Shown here: positions 52,247-62,658 of the stretch, piece after piece
Layout of the letters: every line of letters starts with the position of its first letter
Position numbering within the stretch: position 1 is the first letter of the stretch
DNA from: an uncultured Acidobacteriaceae bacterium
GTDB lineage: Bacteria > Acidobacteriota > Terriglobia > Terriglobales > Acidobacteriaceae
Direction of reading: 5' to 3'
DNA length: 64,000 nt
NCBI GenBank assembly: GCA_963735895.1
Contig: CAVTMQ010000002.1
Span: forward strand, 305,938-369,937
Position numbers and translations under genes: made by a program
Notes under the pieces: model-generated
What the model saw: only the letters and a program-made list of their open reading frames with translations
Databases searched by the model: none
Told to the model about the DNA's origin: nothing

Positions 52247-53170
52247 ATGAAGAAACCGCACACACTTCTCTATTACGCGCCGTTGGTGATTCTGTCCCTT
52301 CTGCTTGCGTTTTATCCGGGTATATCCGGCGACCCCACACCACCCAAAGCGCCTCCATTTCCGTCCGGCGCCCCCGATGTTCGCTTACCTTTGAAGCCCG
52401 GGTCGGTGCGCTGGGCGGTGATTGGCGACAACGGCACCGGCGAGCAGCCCGAAATGGAAATTGCAAATCAGATGGAGCGTTACTGGTCCGTGGTGAAGTA
52501 CGACTTCGTCACCATGGACGGCGACAACATCTACGGCGATCATTCGCCCGAAGACTTCCGAATCAAGTTTGAAGATCCTTACAGACCGCTGCTGGATGAG
52601 GGCGTTCGATTCTATGCGTCGCTGGGCAACCACGACGACGCGAAGATCGAGGTGAGTTACAAGCCTTACAACATGAATGGCAACCGCTACTACACGTTTC
52701 AGAAAGGAAACGTGGAGTTCTTCGTCCTGGACAGCACTGTGATGACTCCGCAGCAGCTCTCGTGGCTTGAGGAGCAATTAAAAGCCTCCACTGCTCAGTG
52801 GAAGATCGCCTATTTCCATCACCCGCTGTTTACCTGCGCCATGTTTCACGGGCCCTCAGTGAATCTCCGCAAACAGCTCATGCCGCTCTTCACCAAATAC
52901 GGAGTCAACGCTGTCTGGAGCGGACACGAGCACGTCTACGAGCGCCTCAAGCCGCAAAGCGGGATCTATTTCTTCCTCGAAGGCGAGTCCGGTCAACTTC
53001 GCTATAACAACATTCGCCGTTCCTGCGATCTCGACCAGGCCAGGTTCGATACGGACCGCACCTTCATGCTGGTCGAAGTTGACGGCGCCGTCATGTACTT
53101 CCAGACCATCGCGCGCTCCGGCGCCATTGTGGACACCGGGAGTCTCACGCTACAAAGCACGCAAAAGTAG
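52247..53170 (+). CDS. Exported calcineurin-like metallophosphoesterase (purple-acid-phosphatase-like)
   Basis: IGDNG, GDNIY, LGNHD, FHHP, SGHEHVYER. Confidence 0.92.
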   Translation: MKKPHTLLYYAPLVILSLLLAFYPGISGDPTPPKAPPFPSGAPDVRLPLKPGSVRWAVIGDNGTGEQPEMEIANQMERYWSVVKYDFVTMDGDNIYGDHSPEDFRIKFEDPYRPLLDEGVRFYASLGNHDDAKIEVSYKPYNMNGNRYYTFQKGNVEFFVLDSTVMTPQQLSWLEEQLKASTAQWKIAYFHHPLFTCAMFHGPSVNLRKQLMPLFTKYGVNAVWSGHEHVYERLKPQSGIYFFLEGESGQLRYNNIRRSCDLDQARFDTDRTFMLVEVDGAVMYFQTIARSGAIVDTGSLTLQSTQK

Positions 53171-53206
53171 ATTTCGCCGCGCCCAAACAACTCTGAAGAT
53201 TCTCTC

Positions 53207-53241
53207 TTGACATTATAACGGTTCGTGCTAACTTACCGTTA
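53207..53241 (+). promoter_or_regulatory. Leaderless promoter with operator palindrome for the ArsR-SRPBCC operon
   Basis: TTGACA-16-TAACTT (with TG extension), GTG 7 nt downstream. Inverted repeat TAACGGT-N12-ACCGTTA overlaps the promoter. Confidence 0.6.
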
Positions 53242-53601
53242 GTGGACGCTTACCTACAAGCCGGGCTCGATGCGCTCGCAGACTCAACCCGCATGGCGAT
53301 CTTTCAGAAGCTCTCGGGCGGCCCAATCGCCGTCAACGAGCTCGCGCGGATGCTCCCGGTAACGCGTCCCGCCGTTTCGCAGCACTTGAAGGTTCTGAAG
53401 GATGTGGGCCTCGTGAGCGACACCAAGACAGGAACGCGCAGGCTCTACCAGCTCGACCCTGAGGGCGTGGCTCGTTTGCGCGCACATTTCGATCAGATGT
53501 GGACCCGGGCGCTGGGCGCATTTCAGGAAACCATAGAAAAACCCACCGGAGGAGGTAGTCATGGCAAACCAGGCAGAAGCACTCGATCTAAGAGTGTTTA
53601 A
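53242..53601 (+). CDS. ArsR/SmtB-family transcriptional regulator
   Basis: ALADSTR..I, LPVTRPAVSQHLKVLKD.GLV, GTRRLY.L. Confidence 0.92.
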   Translation: MDAYLQAGLDALADSTRMAIFQKLSGGPIAVNELARMLPVTRPAVSQHLKVLKDVGLVSDTKTGTRRLYQLDPEGVARLRAHFDQMWTRALGAFQETIEKPTGGGSHGKPGRSTRSKSV

Positions 53602-54064
53602 GAGCATTCGCGTGAAAGCGCCCATCGAGCGTGCCTTCTCGGTCTTCGTCGAGCAGATGGAGACGTGGTGGCCCGCCACGCATCACATTGGCAAAGCTCC
53701 CTTCGAGGCAATCTTCGTCGAGCCCCGCGTCGGCGGCCGCTGGTACGAGCGCAACGTGGAGGGCGCGCAGTGCGATTGGGGTACGGTGCTCAAGTGGGAA
53801 CCGCCTCATTTGGTCTGCCTCTCCTGGCACGTCGGGCCGGGGCACGACTCGCCTGACTGGACCTTTAATGGCGATATGACGAAGGCTAGCGAGGTCGAGA
53901 TCCGCTTCCTCGCCGAAGGCCCAAACAGCACACTGGTCGAACTCGAACACCGCAAGATCGAACGCCATGGCGAAGGTGCCGAACAGCTTCGGGCGCTCTT
54001 CGACGGACCGGGTGCCTGGTCTGGAATCCTGGATTGCTTCGCCAAGCGGATCGAGGCACTCTAG
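53561..54064 (+). CDS. SRPBCC/AHSA1-family protein
   Basis: APIERAF.VF...WWP, EPRVGGRWYE, WEPP, EVEIRF, T.VELEH. Confidence 0.9.
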   Translation: MANQAEALDLRVFKSIRVKAPIERAFSVFVEQMETWWPATHHIGKAPFEAIFVEPRVGGRWYERNVEGAQCDWGTVLKWEPPHLVCLSWHVGPGHDSPDWTFNGDMTKASEVEIRFLAEGPNSTLVELEHRKIERHGEGAEQLRALFDGPGAWSGILDCFAKRIEAL

Positions 54065-54136
54065 CATCACTTACGCGGCCGGATCCATCTTAAAGCGAAC
54101 CCGGCCGCGTTTGCTGTGTTTGAAATCGGAGGCAGC

Positions 54137-54604
54137 ATGAAACCGGTCATTTACCTGCGAATCGCGTCCATTATGACGCTCATCCACTCGATCCTGCACA
54201 CTGTTGGGGGCGTTTTCGGCAAAGCTCCAGCGGGCCAGGCGGCCATCGTCGCCGCATCGATGCGATACCGTTTCGAGGTCTTTGGCGTGATGCGCAGTTA
54301 CGCCGACTTCTATCGCGGCATGGGTCTCGGCATCACCATCGCTCTGACCATGGATGCCGCCATCCTGTGGCTGCTCGCCTCGCTGGCAAAGTCGGATGCC
54401 GCGCGCCTCCGGCCTATCCTGGCCGTCTTCTTCGTGGGCTATCTCGCGCTGGCGCTGAACTCCTACACGTTCTTCTTTTCCGGCCCTGTTATTGCGGAGC
54501 TTCTCATCGTGCTGTGTATCGGGGCGGCCATCTTTACTGCGAAGCGCGCCGATGAGCGCGAGGAGTCTGGCACGCAATCCGAGATGAAGACTGCGCAGTT
54601 TTGA
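54137..54604 (+). CDS. Four-TM membrane protein (LIC_13387-like)
   Basis: ILHTVG...RSYADFYRGMG...FFSGP pattern. GGAGG RBS. Confidence 0.65.
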   Translation: MKPVIYLRIASIMTLIHSILHTVGGVFGKAPAGQAAIVAASMRYRFEVFGVMRSYADFYRGMGLGITIALTMDAAILWLLASLAKSDAARLRPILAVFFVGYLALALNSYTFFFSGPVIAELLIVLCIGAAIFTAKRADEREESGTQSEMKTAQF

Positions 54605-54654
54605 GTATTCCCTTCAAGGGTGCGCGATTTTGAAGCGTGCTCTCGGGGTTGGTG

Positions 54655-54750
54655 AAAGGGCTAATGTACGGACTGAAGTCCGTACCCTTCAAAGCCGAAA
54701 CCATCATTTGAGTTTGTTTCGCAAGCTGCAAAGCGTGCCCTGATACAAGA
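54655..54750. repeat. REP-like palindromic element (family C) between convergent genes
   Basis: GTACGGAC-TGAA-GTCCGTAC hairpin enclosed by AAGGG/CCCTT. Single copy in the window, so repeat status is inferred. Confidence 0.45.
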
Positions 54751-54774
54751 CTGGGTTTTTAGCCCGCTGTCTTT

Positions 54775-55602
54775 TCACCAACTGTGGAGCCACTCTTCGT
54801 CGCGGCCAATTCGGACCGGGGTGTTGAAGAGTTCGCTCAGCTTTGGTGCAGTCAGCAGTTCCTCGCGCGGGCCATCGCCAACGATGCGTCCGCCGCGCAT
54901 CAGGATCACACGTTCGATCTCCGGCAGGATGTCGCCCAAATGATGCGTAACCAGCACCAGTCCCGTGCGTTCCTGCGCCAGTCGCCGCAACGTTTCGCGC
55001 AGTTCTCGTTGCGCAGCGAGGTCCAACGCGTTTGAGGGCTCATCGAGCAATAGCTGTCGCGGACGATGCACCAACGCGCGCGCAATCAAGATGCGACGCT
55101 TCTCGCCAGCAGACATTTCTCCCACAAGCTGGTTCGCGAGGTGCGCGGCTTCGATCCGTTCGAGCGCTTCGGCAGCGCGCTCGCGCATCTCGTCGGTCAC
55201 ATGGAGATTCGGCCACAGCGTGGATGCGGAGAAAAATCCTGCTATCACCGCATCCAGTCCTGTCGTCACCGCTGTGCGCTCGCCAGGAAGTTCCGTGCCC
55301 ATTAGTCCTGAACCCACAACACCAAAGTGCTTACGAAGTTGCGTCAAATCCCAACGCTCGCGCCCGAAGATTCGCACTTGCATTCCCGGCTGCACGATGG
55401 GATAAATCTGGCAGGTGATGGTAAAAATCAGCGTCGACTTGCCGCATCCATTCGGCCCAAGAATCGCAACATGCTCGCCCGCGCGAATCGACAAGTCGAT
55501 GTCATGCAGTACCACGCGGTCTCCACGCGCCACGTTCACATGGGCGAGTTCCAGGAACTGCTCGTCATTGCCAGCCGCTTCTTCGTTCCGGCTCTCCGTC
55601 AT
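54775..55602 (-). CDS. ABC transporter ATP-binding protein (ModF-like)
   Basis: GPNGCGKST, MSAGEKRR, LLLDEP, VTHH. Confidence 0.92.
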   Translation of the reverse strand: MTESRNEEAAGNDEQFLELAHVNVARGDRVVLHDIDLSIRAGEHVAILGPNGCGKSTLIFTITCQIYPIVQPGMQVRIFGRERWDLTQLRKHFGVVGSGLMGTELPGERTAVTTGLDAVIAGFFSASTLWPNLHVTDEMRERAAEALERIEAAHLANQLVGEMSAGEKRRILIARALVHRPRQLLLDEPSNALDLAAQRELRETLRRLAQERTGLVLVTHHLGDILPEIERVILMRGGRIVGDGPREELLTAPKLSELFNTPVRIGRDEEWLHSW

Positions 55603-55684
55603 CCAGCCTCCGTTTGTTAGATTAAATGGATTGACTCCTTTATCCGAGTGAAGGCCCGACAGACAATATCCGGCAATCAAATCA

Positions 55685-56926
55685 ATGAGCGACCTCTCTC
55701 AATCTGTCATTCCGCGCGGCTTCCGTTTCGGAGCCACCAAAGCAGGCCTCAAGCAGAGCGGCCGCACTGATTTCGCGCTGATCGTTGCCGATGCACCGGC
55801 GTCTGCCGCGGCGGCATTCACAGGAAATCGCGTCAAAGCTGCTCCTCTGCTCGTCGATGCGGAGCATCTCCGCGCCACCGGCGGCAAGGTGCGCGTTGTC
55901 GCCATCAATGCCGGCAACGCCAACTGCGCAGGGGGTCAGCCGGGCATCGACGCTGCCCTCGCCACCTGCAAAGCAGCTGCTGAAACCTTCGGCTGCAAAC
56001 CCGAAGAGGTTTTCCCTTCTTCAACTGGCGTGATCGGCGTCCCCCTGCCTGCCGAAAAACTTATCGCTGTGCTGCCGGCGCTCGCCAAATCGATCGGCTC
56101 TGAGTCCGACCATTTTCAACAGGTCGCAGAGGCTATCATCACCACCGATACAGTGGAGAAAACTGCATTCGCGCGCTTTACCGTCACTACTCCAGAGATC
56201 GACGGAGCCGGAGAGATTCGCCAGGAAGTGCGCATCGCCGCTGTTTGCAAGGGTTCTGGCATGATTCACCCGCAACTCGTGCCCCACGCTACGATGCTGG
56301 TCTACATCCTCACCGATGCGGCCATTGAACCCGCTGCACTCGACGGCTACTTGCGCGACGCCATCGACGTCAGCTTCAACCGCATTTCCGTCGACGGCGA
56401 CACCTCCACGAATGACACCGTTCTATTGCTCGCCTCCGGCGCGAGCGGTGCCGCAATTGGTTCCAACAACCCGGAGTTTGCCTCCACGCTCACGCATATC
56501 TGCACATCGCTGGCACGCCAAATCGTGGCGGACGGCGAGGGGGTTTCCCACGTCGTTGAATTGCAGATCCATGGCGCCGCCACCAATGCCGATGCTCTTC
56601 GCGTCGCGAAAGCCATCGCCCACTCGCCACTTGTTAAAACTGCGTGGGCCGGGTGCGATCCCAATTGGGGCCGCCTCATGGCCGCTATCGGCTATTCAGG
56701 TGCGCAGATCGATCCGCAAGCCATCGACATTTCGTTCGGCGAACTTCCGATCTGCCGCAACGGTGGGCGCGCCGCCGAGTATGATGAAGCCGCCGCGCAC
56801 GGCTACATCCAGCAGCCCGAATTCTCGATCTCGATCCATCTTCACCAGGGTGAAGGCCATTGCAAATTCTGGACCACCGACCTTACACATGAGTACATTC
56901 GCATCAACGCCGACTACACTACTTAG
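55685..56926 (+). CDS. argJ: Ornithine acetyltransferase / N-acetylglutamate synthase
   Basis: NAGNAN, SSTGVIG, ITTDT, KGSGMIHP...HATML, FNRISVDGDTSTNDT, DGEG, DPNWGR, INADY. Confidence 0.96.
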   Translation: MSDLSQSVIPRGFRFGATKAGLKQSGRTDFALIVADAPASAAAAFTGNRVKAAPLLVDAEHLRATGGKVRVVAINAGNANCAGGQPGIDAALATCKAAAETFGCKPEEVFPSSTGVIGVPLPAEKLIAVLPALAKSIGSESDHFQQVAEAIITTDTVEKTAFARFTVTTPEIDGAGEIRQEVRIAAVCKGSGMIHPQLVPHATMLVYILTDAAIEPAALDGYLRDAIDVSFNRISVDGDTSTNDTVLLLASGASGAAIGSNNPEFASTLTHICTSLARQIVADGEGVSHVVELQIHGAATNADALRVAKAIAHSPLVKTAWAGCDPNWGRLMAAIGYSGAQIDPQAIDISFGELPICRNGGRAAEYDEAAAHGYIQQPEFSISIHLHQGEGHCKFWTTDLTHEYIRINADYTT

Positions 56927-56996
56927 CATCTAACGTAGTTGAATCAGTACACCTGCCCGTTAGACTATTCACGACAGCCTCACCCAATCAATCAAA

Positions 56997-57953
56997 ATGC
57001 CAAAGATCCTCAAGTCAACACCGGAACGCAAAATAAAATCCACGCCGGCGCCGGAAGGTTTCTCTCTCATCTCGAATGAGAAGTTGGTCGCGATCTACTC
57101 CGCGATGGTCAAGTGCAGAATCCTCCAGCAGCGGGCCAGCTCGCTTTTCCAGCATGGAAAGCTCGCGTCTGATCTGCACGCATCCTACGGCTGCGAGGCG
57201 GTTGCGGCCGCAGTCGCGGTCGATCTCCAGCCCAACGACACACTGAGCCTGTTGCCCGGCGATTTGCTTCCCGGATTCGTCAAAGGTCTTTCGCTCGAGA
57301 GTCTCTTTCACTTGCTGACTTCTGACACCGCTTCGATCAACGTGCAAAAAACGTTCGCCTCTTCTGATCTGAAACAAAAGTATATTCTCATTGCCGATGA
57401 ATCCCGTCGGCCCGAAGCGGTCCGCGATCGCGCCACGGTTGCGCAGGCAGCGAAGGAAGGCGCAATCGTCGCTGCTATGCTTCCCTCCGGCGACGGGTGG
57501 CTTGCTTCATGGCACAGCGTCATGGCGACGGCAGCTTCCCAAAGGCTGCCCATCTTATTCGTGCATCACGTGGATCATGGATACGAGCCGAGCGATCCGT
57601 CTTCGAATCGCAAAGCCAAAAATCCAGATGCTCTCCTCCTCGGCGTACCTGCGATAGCGGTCGATGCGCTTGATGCCGTCGCTGTTTACCGCGTAGCCTA
57701 CGAGGCCATCATCCGGGCGCGCCAGGGTCGCGGTGCAACCTTGCTTCAGTGCGCTGCCCATTTCGGAATGCCGGACAAGGCGACCCGACGAATCTCCAGG
57801 CCATCCGCCAATCCTGCGCTCACTGCCGACCCTGTTTCCCTGATGGAAAACTATCTCAAGCGAAAAGGCATCAAATCAGAACAGCATAACTCCGAAATTG
57901 TCGCGGCCTTGAATCTTGATCTGGATCTTGCTACCCGATTCCTCGATCATTAG
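56997..57953 (+). CDS. Degenerate TPP-dependent dehydrogenase E1-alpha-like protein (stand-alone)
   Basis: Y..M...R, G.EA, LPILFV, VDALDAVAVYRVAYEAIIRARQGRGATLL, DPV..ME.YL. The NN and RxxGH motifs are missing. Confidence 0.7.
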   Translation: MPKILKSTPERKIKSTPAPEGFSLISNEKLVAIYSAMVKCRILQQRASSLFQHGKLASDLHASYGCEAVAAAVAVDLQPNDTLSLLPGDLLPGFVKGLSLESLFHLLTSDTASINVQKTFASSDLKQKYILIADESRRPEAVRDRATVAQAAKEGAIVAAMLPSGDGWLASWHSVMATAASQRLPILFVHHVDHGYEPSDPSSNRKAKNPDALLLGVPAIAVDALDAVAVYRVAYEAIIRARQGRGATLLQCAAHFGMPDKATRRISRPSANPALTADPVSLMENYLKRKGIKSEQHNSEIVAALNLDLDLATRFLDH

Positions 57954-58049
57954 TCAAAGAACATTACTGAGCCACACCAATTTGTCTATCTTCCGGGGAA
58001 CACAAGACATAGGGACTAAGCCGGACAACGCGAATGGTAAAGTGAGGAA

Positions 58050-59948
58050 ATGATCGTCAGTAAGCGCGCAGGCATTGCTTGTGTCATCTCAAGTGCGATC
58101 TTTTTGGCGGGATTTTTCAGCTTCAATCCAGCCCCACTTGCAGCCGAGACACCCGGAGCAGGCGAAGGCGTGGCTCAAACAGGTCCAGACAGCGGCCGTC
58201 CCGTCCCTGTCTGTGAGCCCTCAACACTCGGTTCGCCCTACCTCCCCGTCGACAGCTGGATCTATCCCGCGGTCCTTCGCCTCTATGGACTCGGATACAT
58301 CGACACCGTCTTTCTTGGCATGCGCCCGTGGACCCGCTCCAGCGTCGCTCACATGCTCGAACAGGCCGGCGCACGTATCGAAGATGCGCAGGACTCTCCA
58401 GACGCTGCTTTAGATCAGGCGCAGGAGATCTACGACGCCCTCGATCGCGAGCTTCACCCCGACATGCAGGGCCCCTGCCGCGCATTCAAAGGCACCGCGC
58501 GCGTCGAGTCCATCTACTCTGCCTCCCTCGCTATCTCCGGCACATCGCTCGACGACAGCTTTCATCTCGGCCAGACAGTGATCAACAACTACGGCCGCCC
58601 GTATGAAAACGGGTTCAATAACTACAGCGGCGTAAGCGGCTACGCCATCGCTGGCCGATTCACGCTGTATCTGCGCGGCGAATTGCAGTTCGCTCCGTCC
58701 GCCAGCGGCTATTCGGCACCGCTGGCACAGGTTCTCTCGCAGGTTGATCAGATTCCGTTCATCAATCCTGCCACCGGGCTCCCCTACAATCAGGCCACCA
58801 TTCCCCTGGGACCCATCGATTCCATCGTGCGCGCTCGCTGGGTTGAGGCCTATGTATCAGCCAACGTTCTCAATCACGAGATCTCTTTTGGCAAGCAGGA
58901 CGACTGGCTCGGTCCAGGCCTCGGCGGCGGCTTTGCCTACTCCAACAATGCGGAAAACATCTACACTTTTCGCATTAATCGCGTAGAGCCGCTGCATGTT
59001 CCGGGCCTCTCCTATATCACCGGACCATTTCGCTATGAGTTTCTCATCGGCGGTCTCCACGGCCACACCTACGTGCCCAACCCTGCGTATCCTGGACCCG
59101 GTCAGCCCAACGTTATCAACCCAGGCGATCCCTGGATGCATGAAGAAAAAGTCAGCTTCCGTCCCACCGAGAACCTCGAATTCGGCTTCCAGCGTACAGT
59201 CATCTGGGGCGGAGAGGGCCATGGGCCGATTACCCTGCATACGTTTCTAAAGAGCTTCTTTAGTTTCTCTTCACCAACAAATGGGGATAAGCTTGGCCGC
59301 GACGATCCCGGTGCGCGTTTCGGCGCATTCGACTTCTCCTACCGCCTCCCTTACTTCCGCCACTGGCTCACGCTCTACACCGACAGTGAAGTGCACGATG
59401 ACATCTCACCCATCGACGCGCCGCGCCGTGCCGGCTGGCGCCCCGGCCTCTACCTTTCGCATGTTCCCGGCGTGCCCAGACTCGATGTGCGCGCCGAGGC
59501 CGTCTACACCGACCCGCCGGTCTCCACTAGCACTGGCGGGCTCTTTATGTATCGCGAGTCTATCCAGAAACAGGGCTACACCAACAACGGCCAAATCTTT
59601 GGCGATTGGATCGGCCGCGAAGCGAAAGGCGGCCAGGGCTGGATCACCTGGCATCTCAGCGGCAACGAGTGGCTCCAGGTCGGCATGAGAAACCAGAAAG
59701 TCGCGAAGGATTTCATTCCCGGCTCAACTACACAAATTGATCCCTCTACCAGTGTGCTCATCGAGGGCGGCACTACGCTCGACGACATCAATTTCCAGGC
59801 GGTCAAGCGCATCGGCAAGGATTTCGAAATCAACGGCAATTTCGCCCTCGAACACTGGAAGGCTCCGATCTATCTCCCAGGCCAGCAAACGGTCACAACG
59901 ACCGCGATCAAGCTGACATGGTATCCCCAGCGCAAATTGAGCTTCTGA
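58050..59948 (+). CDS. Capsule assembly Wzi-family outer-membrane protein
   Basis: Y.PVDSWIYP...RL, RPWTR, SFGKQDDWLGPG.GG...SNNA, C-terminal Phe. Confidence 0.82.
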   Translation: MIVSKRAGIACVISSAIFLAGFFSFNPAPLAAETPGAGEGVAQTGPDSGRPVPVCEPSTLGSPYLPVDSWIYPAVLRLYGLGYIDTVFLGMRPWTRSSVAHMLEQAGARIEDAQDSPDAALDQAQEIYDALDRELHPDMQGPCRAFKGTARVESIYSASLAISGTSLDDSFHLGQTVINNYGRPYENGFNNYSGVSGYAIAGRFTLYLRGELQFAPSASGYSAPLAQVLSQVDQIPFINPATGLPYNQATIPLGPIDSIVRARWVEAYVSANVLNHEISFGKQDDWLGPGLGGGFAYSNNAENIYTFRINRVEPLHVPGLSYITGPFRYEFLIGGLHGHTYVPNPAYPGPGQPNVINPGDPWMHEEKVSFRPTENLEFGFQRTVIWGGEGHGPITLHTFLKSFFSFSSPTNGDKLGRDDPGARFGAFDFSYRLPYFRHWLTLYTDSEVHDDISPIDAPRRAGWRPGLYLSHVPGVPRLDVRAEAVYTDPPVSTSTGGLFMYRESIQKQGYTNNGQIFGDWIGREAKGGQGWITWHLSGNEWLQVGMRNQKVAKDFIPGSTTQIDPSTSVLIEGGTTLDDINFQAVKRIGKDFEINGNFALEHWKAPIYLPGQQTVTTTAIKLTWYPQRKLSF

Positions 59949-59981
59949 TCTTTGCCAGTCTCGTTCAGCAAACGCGTCGAC

Positions 59982-62406
59982 TCACTCCTCCCGCATCAGC
60001 ATCATGGGATTGACCGCCAGCGCCTTCTGCGCCGGAATCCAGGCTGCCACAAGCCCGAGCATCAGCATCGTGAAAACCACGCCGCCTAGCACCACCGGAT
60101 CGTTCGGCGCAGCCTGGTACACGATGTACGACAGCACCTTCGTCGCCAGAAGGCCCAGCACCAGTCCAGCCACCGAGCCAACCAACAGCAGAACGAACGC
60201 GCGGCCCAGCGCCGTGCGCAGCACCTGCTTGCGCCGCGCGCCCAGCGCCATGCGAATGCCCAGTTCGCGCAGCCGTTTGCTCACGGTATACGAGGCCATG
60301 CCGAAGATCCCGGTCACCGCCAGCATCGCGCCCAGCAGCCCCAGCACGCCCAGCGCCACCGAGGCCACGCGTGCGGCAAACAACGCTGAACTCATTTCCT
60401 GGTTCCACGTCCTGACGACGATAGGCATCGCCGAATCAAGCCCGTGCAGGGCCTTCTCCAGCGCCGCCGAAATTTCCTGCGGATCGCGCTTTGACCGCAC
60501 CAGCAGCCATGTGCCGCTCGACGGCTGCTGCAGAAACGAGAAGAACATCGCCGGCTGCTGATCCTCGGTCAGCGTCCGGTATTTTCCGTCTTCCACCACG
60601 CCCACCACTTCCGCCCGCTGTCCGCCATCGAACTTGAAATGCCCGCCGATCGCCTTGTCCACCGATCCGAAAACTTTGACCGCAAATTGCCGGTTGACCA
60701 GGGCCACCTTCGGCGCCTTGCTGTCGTCCTGCATCGTCAGGTCTCTGCCCGCCAGCAGGTTGGTGCCTGCGGCCTGCGATGTAGCCCGGCGAGATGTGGT
60801 AGTTCATGGCGTCAGCGGCCACGTTGGTGGGCCGGTAATCGGTGGTGCTGTCGGTGTAGACATACGAGTCGCCGCCCTCCAGACCCAGCGGCAAGTGGTC
60901 GACATAGCCCACTGCCGTCACGCCCGGAATGGCCGACTGCCGCATCCAGCATGCGCCGCTGCATCTGCGGCATCTCGCTCGTCGGTGTAGCCCGCCATAT
61001 GCAACTCGGTGCCTCACGAGCATCACGTTCTGCGGCACAAAACCGAAATTGCTGTGCATCGATCGCGCCAGCCCGCGCACCGCCACCAGCGAAGATGTCA
61101 CCAGCACCGCACAAATCGCAATCTGCACCGCCAGCAGAACATCGCGCAGCGTGAATCGCCGCAGCCCGCCCACATTTGCCGCGCCCGTGCGAATCACCTG
61201 CCACGGATCGGCCCGCAGACACCTGCCGCACCGGCACCATGCCGAACAGCAGGCCGCTCGCCAGCGCAAGCACCAGCGCCACCACGTAGGTGGCTGCATC
61301 CGGATTCACCGGCACGTTAATCGGAGTATCCGGAATCGGCTGCCACGCACTCAGCAAGCGCAGGATCGCGACACCTCCCGCTAGCCCCAGCGCTCCGCCT
61401 GCGAGCGATACCAGCACCGCTTCCGTCAGCATCTGCCGCAGGATCATCCCGCGTCGCGAGCCCAGCGCCAGCCGCAGCGCCGTTTCCTTAGCACGATCCG
61501 CCGCTCGCGCTGCAAACAGGCTTCCCAGGTTCGCGCATGCCGCCAGCAGAATCAACCCGGCCAGCAACATCAGGCCCGCCATGAACGCCCGTGCCGGTCC
61601 GCCCAGCATGTCCCCGATCAGCCCAGGACGCGCCAGGGTGAACTTCACGCCCTCGTCGTCACTCGGATAGGTTTTCGCGAGCCACGCTCCAAGGGTATTC
61701 AGGTCCTGCGTCGCCTGTGCCGCCGTCACTCCCGGCTTCAAGCCGTCCCACCACAAACGCGCCATGATTGCCGCGCTGGTTCAGCTGGTCATAGCCTTCG
61801 ATCGTGGGCTGCTCCACCATCGGAATCCACATCGCCGGCGCAAAGAAGAGCTCGGTGCCCCGAAACTCCGGCGGCGCCACGCCAATGATCGTGAGCTGGT
61901 GCTTGTTCATCCGCACCGTCCGCCCGACTACACTCGGCATCCTCGTGAAAATGTCCGTGCCAGTACGCGTAGCTCAACACCACATACGGAGCGCTGCCTG
62001 CCCCTTGCTCATCGGCGGCGTGATAGAAACGCCCCAGGTAGGGTTGAATTCCCAGCGCGTCGAAATAATTTCCACTCGCCAGGTAGGGCCACGCGCTCGA
62101 CGGACTTCCCCCGCTATCCACCCCAACCGGGCCCATGATCTCGGACATCACGATGCCTTCAAACGCCCGGTTCCGGTCCCGCAGATCGACGTAATCGAGA
62201 TACGACTGCGACGGATACTGGAAACGCTGCACCATGTAGAGATTCTGCGCATTCGGCACCTTCACAGGCCGCAGCACCACAGCGTTCATCACGCTGAACA
62301 CCACCGCGTTCGCCCCGATGCCCAGCGCCAGGGTCAAAATCGCCGTCACCGTGAATCCCGGAGACTTCCACAACTTCCGGAACGCAATTCTCAGATCTGT
62401 CGTCAT
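59982..62406 (-). CDS. ADOP-family (duplicated orphan) MacB/FtsX-like ABC permease; multiple frameshifts
   Basis: DLRIAFRKL.KSPGFT..AILTLALGIGAN, ILLAACANL...R.ALG, VLLAVQIAIC.VL, YTVSKR.RELGIRMALGA...PA.KA..VNP...MREE in four frames. Confidence 0.88.
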
Positions 62407-62658
62407 AATGGGCCGCCCTTGGAATCAACTACGCCAGCGCCCTGCACACAGTTCCCCCGAATTGCCGTCGGCCGTTTGCTGCCAACTCTTTCCCATTTTG
62501 GAACTCCGCTTGTCCCTTCAGACTGCCCTGCATGAGATCCAGCAAGACGCACGTTTCGCCGGTTCGGGCGAACTGTGAAGTTTACTCAGATCGATGCTGA
62601 CTCGCTCCGCCGTGCGAAAATGCGATGGTGGAAGTTAACGAAGATCGAGATTGAACCT

